DNA of 11,677 nucleotides from Coleofasciculus chthonoplastes F2-STO-03 (GTDB lineage: Bacteria > Cyanobacteriota > Cyanobacteriia > Cyanobacteriales > Coleofasciculaceae), in NCBI GenBank assembly GCA_040222015.1, contig JAVJWO010000160.1:1-11677 (forward strand), written 5' to 3'. The notes below the pieces were generated by a model. The model saw only the letters and a program-made list of their open reading frames with translations. It did not search any database and was not told the origin of the DNA. The translations under genes and the position numbers were made by a program. Shown one piece after another: positions 7,467-11,677 of the stretch (positions are counted from its first letter, which is position 1; the number at the start of each line of letters is the position of its first letter).

Positions 7467-7516
7467 GCGGGTTAATCTATCGCTAGACATAAATGTCTAA
7501 GCGTAGATCAACCCGC
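7467..7516. repeat. Long hairpin of the GGGCGGGTT...AACCCGC repeat family
   Basis: GCGGGTT-AATCTATCGCTAGACAT-AA-ATGTCTAAGCGTAGATC-AACCCGC; its ends match the elements at 9529-9661. Confidence 0.65.
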
Positions 7517-7871
7517 TTGATGAATTCTGATGCTAAACCCTGCGTCTCAATCGCTAAACGCAACCATTTCGGGGGATATTCAGTTCGCTGTAGAGCAACT
7601 GGATACCGAAATCCGCCTTTGTGTTAATGATTCTTTTGTTAGTTACGCGGCAAATGGCAGTATATCCGGGATAAAGGATTAGTTTTTTTGAATGAGGGAT
7701 GAAACAGTGTAGAGGAAAGTTTAGGCGGCGCAATCTTTGCCGATGATATCAAAGGGCATTGAGAAACTGATAGAAACTCCTAAAATAGGGGTGAATTGTC
7801 AAACTGTCTGCTTATAGGGGTTTCAGCCTTTGCCCTGCCGAAAGTGACATAAGAGCGTTATTCAGCAGACC

Positions 7872-9416
7872 CTATTTAGAATTGCGATATAAGCTGATAA
7901 TTTTATCGGTAACTTCAGGAATCGTTAATCCATCCGTATTAATTTCGATCGCATCAGGAGCTTGACGCAGGGGAGCTAAGGCGCGAGTGCTGTCACGCTG
8001 ATCTCGTAATTGAATATCTGCCTCTAGCTGTTCTAAACTGACAGTACCTTTGTCCTGGTCTTGAAGATCTTGCAGGCGTCGGCGTGCCCGTTCTTGAACT
8101 GAGGCGGTGAGAAAAATTTTCAGTTCGGCGTCGGGGAAAACATGAGTCCCGATATCTCGCCCTTCAGCGACAACGCCACCTTTAGACGCCCAGCGCTGCT
8201 GCTGTTTGACTAATTCGTGACGTACAACTGGGAGCGCCGCGATCGCAGATACATTGGCGGTAACCTGTAACGAGCGAATCGCCTGGGTGACTTCTTTGCC
8301 ATCAATCCACACTCTCAGGCTTTGGGGTTGGGAACCGCTACTGATCAGAGAAATTTGACATTGACTCACCAATTCCGCGATCGCAGGTTCATCGGTTAAA
8401 TCAATTCCAGCTTGCAGCACCCGCCACGTCACCGCCCGATACATGGCTCCTGTGTCCAGATACATTAAGCCTAATTGCTGCGCCACTAACCGCGTCACTG
8501 TGGATTTACCCGCCCCCGCTGGTCCATCAATAGCAATAATCGGTTGGCGATTTCGCAGCAGAATATTATCAATTAACCGAGTTGAACCCAGACGAGCCGC
8601 GATCGCGAGTAATCCTTGGTCTTCGACTTGCGCTAAGGGAGTCAGGGTTGTGGGATGGACTAATTCGATGTACTCGACTTGAATCTCCTCAATCAAGCTG
8701 AGTTCTGAGGTAACGGCGGCAATTAAGGAGGTGCGATCGCGCTCCCCAGCTTGGAACACATTTTGGGCATTTTGTAAACCCTTGTAGAGAATCGGAGCTT
8801 GTGCCTTTTGTGCTGACGTTAAATACTGATTACGAGAACTATAGGCAAGACCTGACGGCTCACGGGCGATCGGACAAGATACGATAGTGACAGGCAAATT
8901 TAGATCCGCAACCAAGCGGCGAATAATCGCCAATTGTTGAGCATCCTTTTGACCAAAATAAGCGCGATCGGGTTGCACTAGATTTAATAACTTCGTCACC
9001 ACCGTCGCCACCCCCTGAAAGTGACCCGGACGGGAATGACCACATAATATAGAAGTCATAGCTGGTGGGGGCATAACTTGAGTGAACTCAGTTGAGGTTT
9101 GCCGATCGGATGGGTCATCGCCATACAACTCCACCGCTGTGGGCGCAAAAATCACATCAACTCCCGCTTGTTCACAAAAGCGTTGATCCTCCTCCAACTG
9201 ACGCGGGTATTGCTGCAAATCTTCCCCAGGTCCAAACTGGAGTGGATTAACAAAAATGCTGACAATGACAATAGCATTTTCGCGTCTTGCCCGCTCGATT
9301 AAGCTCAGGTGACCGGGGTGCAACGCCCCCATCGTCGGTACTAAACCGACAGTTTTTTGGGTTCGATGACGTTCTAAGTGGCAGCGCAATCCCGCGATTG
9401 TCGTAAACAGACGCAT
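7872..9416 (-). CDS. panC-cmk: Bifunctional pantoate--beta-alanine ligase / (d)CMP kinase
   Basis: PanC motifs VPTMGALHPGH, SIFVNPLQF, RPGHFQGV, FGQKDAQQ, LAYSSRN and RLIDN; Cmk motifs IAIDGPAGAGKST, YLDTGAMYRA and EGRDIGT. The fusion is typical of cyanobacteria. Confidence 0.97.
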   Translation of the reverse strand: MRLFTTIAGLRCHLERHRTQKTVGLVPTMGALHPGHLSLIERARRENAIVIVSIFVNPLQFGPGEDLQQYPRQLEEDQRFCEQAGVDVIFAPTAVELYGDDPSDRQTSTEFTQVMPPPAMTSILCGHSRPGHFQGVATVVTKLLNLVQPDRAYFGQKDAQQLAIIRRLVADLNLPVTIVSCPIAREPSGLAYSSRNQYLTSAQKAQAPILYKGLQNAQNVFQAGERDRTSLIAAVTSELSLIEEIQVEYIELVHPTTLTPLAQVEDQGLLAIAARLGSTRLIDNILLRNRQPIIAIDGPAGAGKSTVTRLVAQQLGLMYLDTGAMYRAVTWRVLQAGIDLTDEPAIAELVSQCQISLISSGSQPQSLRVWIDGKEVTQAIRSLQVTANVSAIAALPVVRHELVKQQQRWASKGGVVAEGRDIGTHVFPDAELKIFLTASVQERARRRLQDLQDQDKGTVSLEQLEADIQLRDQRDSTRALAPLRQAPDAIEINTDGLTIPEVTDKIISLYRNSK

Positions 9417-9455
9417 GAGAGTTTAGTGGTTGGATCTTAGATCGATGTTAGCAAT

Positions 9456-9511
9456 TTTGTCATTGGTCATTTGTCCTTTGTCATTCGTCATTCGTCATTC
9501 GTCCTTTGTCC
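9456..9511. repeat. Heptamer tandem repeat, STRR2-like (TT[T/G/C]GTC[A/C])x8
   Basis: TTTGTCA TTGGTCA TTTGTCC TTTGTCA TTCGTCA TTCGTCA TTCGTCC TTTGTCC. Confidence 0.9.
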
Positions 9512-9528
9512 CAGAAAGCTGGCACTCG

Positions 9529-9661
9529 GTTGGGGCGGGTTTAGTTACATCAGGGTGAGGTCACAAACGATTATGGTGAAATCCGCCCCTACACACCGAG
9601 CAGGGCGGGTTTAGTAGCATCTGGGTGCAAACCAAACGATAGTAGTAAAACCCGCCCCTAC
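9529..9661. repeat. Two tandem REP-like inverted-repeat elements of about 62-64 bp
   Basis: GGGCGGGTTTAGT...CAAACGAT...AA(T/C)CCGCCCCTAC at 9529-9592 and 9600-9661. Confidence 0.8.
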
Positions 9662-9686
9662 AACATTCAACACCCAAAACTCTTTC

Positions 9687-10811
9687 CTAGTAGTTATCTA
9701 AAATCTCAATCCGTACAGGTGCCACACCCGTGCGGAGCAATCCTAGGACTCTGGCGGCGGCGGCGGACAGGTCAATGACTCGCCCTCTGACAAAGGGTCC
9801 TCGGTCATTAATCCGCACGATAACAGAGCGACCATTATTTAAGTTGGTGACTCGCACGTTAGTACCAAAGGGTAAGTTACGATGAGCGGCGGTTAGGGCA
9901 TTTTGATTGAATCGCTCACCACTGGCGCTGCGGTTTCCGTGAAAGCCGGGACCATACCAGGAAGCAATACCCTTAACCTGGAAGCGTACTGGACCCAGGG
10001 CGACTTGGGCAATTGTCTGGGCTTTGGGTTTCCCCTCAATTTCGCGTAGGGGGGGAGCATTACCCATTAAGCGTCGCAGTCGGTTCGTGGCTTGTCGGGC
10101 ATCTTCGGTTAGGTTTTGGGTGGTATCAGGCAAAATGGTGTTTTCGTTAACTTGCACCAACTCCTGGTCGTTTACCTGGATGCTGTAGCAGTTACACGAC
10201 TCATTCCAACGAACTGCGATCGCGTCTGCATCAATATTATCCCGATGCAGTTGATTGAGTTGAGCCGCAACCGCTGTCGCCCGCCCTACGGCATCATTTG
10301 GATTGGCATTACTGGTCGAGGTGACACTGGGCGAGGCGGTATTATCCAGGTGGTCTCCCTCTGAGGATTGATAACCCGACACCGTTTTGGATGAGGAATA
10401 CCCGGGTTCAGAGTCATTTCCCAGAGCCACTTCTCCCACTTTGGTGTTATTATTCGCCGTTGTCGGAGACCCTAAGAACGTCAGGACAGGGATGTCGCGT
10501 ACATACAGAGTAGCCGCCTGACGCCCATCGAGTGAATAGGCGTGAATTTTGGCAATGACTTCTTCGGCTTCCCCAACTTGAGATGCTGGGGACTGAAATT
10601 CTCCCACTTTTACCACCTCTGGTGGCTGAGGAGTTGGTTGAGAGGAGGTTGAGGGAATTGTTTGCCGAGAGTGTAGCGCTTGAGCGGGAGTCAAATTGCC
10701 CTCAGAATCTTGGTCAATTGCCTGAGCTTGGTTGGCCGGATTGGATATCACTGTGCTGAGGGCTGTCGTTAAGACCGTAACAGTGAGACCACTCAAAATT
10801 CGCTGATTCAT
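9687..10811 (-). CDS. rlpA: Septal ring lytic transglycosylase RlpA family protein
   Basis: Signal-peptide-like N-terminus; C-terminal DPBB domain [12 protein letters not shown]...[11 protein letters not shown]...INDRGPF...IDLS. Confidence 0.95.
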   Translation of the reverse strand: MNQRILSGLTVTVLTTALSTVISNPANQAQAIDQDSEGNLTPAQALHSRQTIPSTSSQPTPQPPEVVKVGEFQSPASQVGEAEEVIAKIHAYSLDGRQAATLYVRDIPVLTFLGSPTTANNNTKVGEVALGNDSEPGYSSSKTVSGYQSSEGDHLDNTASPSVTSTSNANPNDAVGRATAVAAQLNQLHRDNIDADAIAVRWNESCNCYSIQVNDQELVQVNENTILPDTTQNLTEDARQATNRLRRLMGNAPPLREIEGKPKAQTIAQVALGPVRFQVKGIASWYGPGFHGNRSASGERFNQNALTAAHRNLPFGTNVRVTNLNNGRSVIVRINDRGPFVRGRVIDLSAAAARVLGLLRTGVAPVRIEILDNY

Positions 10812-11235
10812 AAGCCTATATCAAAAGCCTCTAGAATTCTACGTTTAGGGTTATGGATGGTGATGCAAGAGGATTAAGAAAAATCGGCTGCAACTCATAC
10901 TCATCGAAACTCCTTTGGGTCTGAAACCCTGTCTTTATCAGACAGCTTTACAATTAAATGCTGGTTTTTAAATGGAGATAATCCCAGGAACCAGCAAACC
11001 CTGTAATAAGTCCCTTCGCCCACCCAGTCCAAGATGTCTTAGTATTACCCAACGCCTAACCAATTAGGCAAGGGAGATAGTCCGAACTAGGGAAGTATTC
11101 GGAAGTCTGTGCCAGAACTAGGCTCAACCCGAGCTATTCACCGCTTACGTTGTCCAAACTGGCTTGGTCAATCCTTGTCCCTTTTAGGGCAAGGTTGGTG
11201 AATTCAATTTCGTCCTATTTTTGTGGAACTGACAC

Positions 11236-11244
11236 AGACTAACA
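11236..11244 (-). promoter_or_regulatory. Putative extended -10 promoter for rlpA
   Basis: Minus strand reads TGtTAGTCT, about 425 nt upstream of the rlpA ATG. Confidence 0.35.
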
Positions 11245-11386
11245 CGAAGTTTTGGGTTTGGGGATCAGTGATTTTTGGGAATCAGCGATAAGATTTTCAA
11301 AAGTGCGATATCATATAATTTGCCCTAAAGCTTGATAGGTCAAGGATTTCCCCCTTTTTACCCCTCTCAGGGAATTTACGAGTTTT

Positions 11387-11404
11387 TTAACAAAACTTTA
11401 CAAT
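11387..11404 (+). promoter_or_regulatory. HLR1-like (RpaB) direct repeat overlapping a TACAAT -10
   Basis: TTAACAAA-ac-TTTACAAT has one mismatch to (G/T)TTACA(T/A)(T/A)-N2-(G/T)TTACA(T/A)(T/A); TACAAT at 11399-11404. Confidence 0.4.
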
Positions 11405-11452
11405 AGAGGCAACAAACCTCGACCGTCGCGGCGAAGGTTTTCTATCAATGCT

Positions 11453-11510
11453 GTAGGGGTTTTACCGATAACGTTTTGGCAAAAACCGATAACTGTAATA
11501 AACCCGCCCT
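11453..11510. repeat. Degenerate REP-like element of the same family as 9529-9661
   Basis: GTAGGGGTTTTA...CCGATAAC...TAAACCCGCCCT. Confidence 0.55.
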
Positions 11511-11549
11511 TCTAGTGCAAGAAGGCAGAAATAACGAAACAGTAAACAT

Positions 11550-11677
11550 CTCCCCCGCTCCCCCGCTCCTCTGCTCCTCTGCTCCTCTGCTCCTCTGCTC
11601 CTCTGCTCCTCTGCTCCTCTGCTCCTCTGCTCCTCTGCTCCTCTGCTCCTCTGCTCCTCTGCTCCTCTGCTCCTCTG
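11550..11677. repeat. Octamer tandem repeat running off the window end
   Basis: (CTCCCCCG)x2 followed by (CTCCTCTG)x14. Confidence 0.95.

Larger units (their letters stand above)
169..10223. repeat. HIP1 octamers (GCGATCGC), dispersed
   Basis: Perfect copies start at 169, 3290, 4262, 6574, 8239, 8377, 8599, 8733 and 10216 (manual count). Confidence 0.85.

Noticed and set aside
7872..9416. panC-cmk fusion as a novelty
   Set aside because: It is a well-known cyanobacterial fusion.
9529..9661. Tandem elements as a CRISPR array
   Set aside because: Only two units, each with inverted ends and related interiors rather than unique spacers.
8443..10364. ORFs 8443-8682(+), 8860-9045(-), 9099-9302(+) and 10116-10364(+)
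   Set aside because: Shadow ORFs within panC-cmk and rlpA.

Overview
Cyanobacterial chromosome segment, judged from nine perfect HIP1 GCGATCGC sites, heptamer STRR tandem repeats and a panC-cmk fusion; probably a filamentous, repeat-rich lineage. In order it contains: (1) a two-gene operon encoding an ABC-like AAA_21-type ATPase and a DUF4276-like TOPRIM protein, a candidate anti-phage or toxin module bracketed by GTAG...CTAC palindromes; (2) a stand-alone Nif11-like peptide; (3) divergently, a large Cys4-pseudokinase-TM-PstS-like receptor; (4) an internally shortened PspA/Vipp1-like protein; (5) a repeat-dense spacer holding a 139-bp direct duplication that sandwiches an 84-bp nucleoside hydrolase gene fragment; (6) a NodB polysaccharide deacetylase; (7) the housekeeping genes panC-cmk and rlpA. 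The window ends in a CTCCTCTG tandem repeat. All family assignments come from motif recognition by eye; no database search was run.
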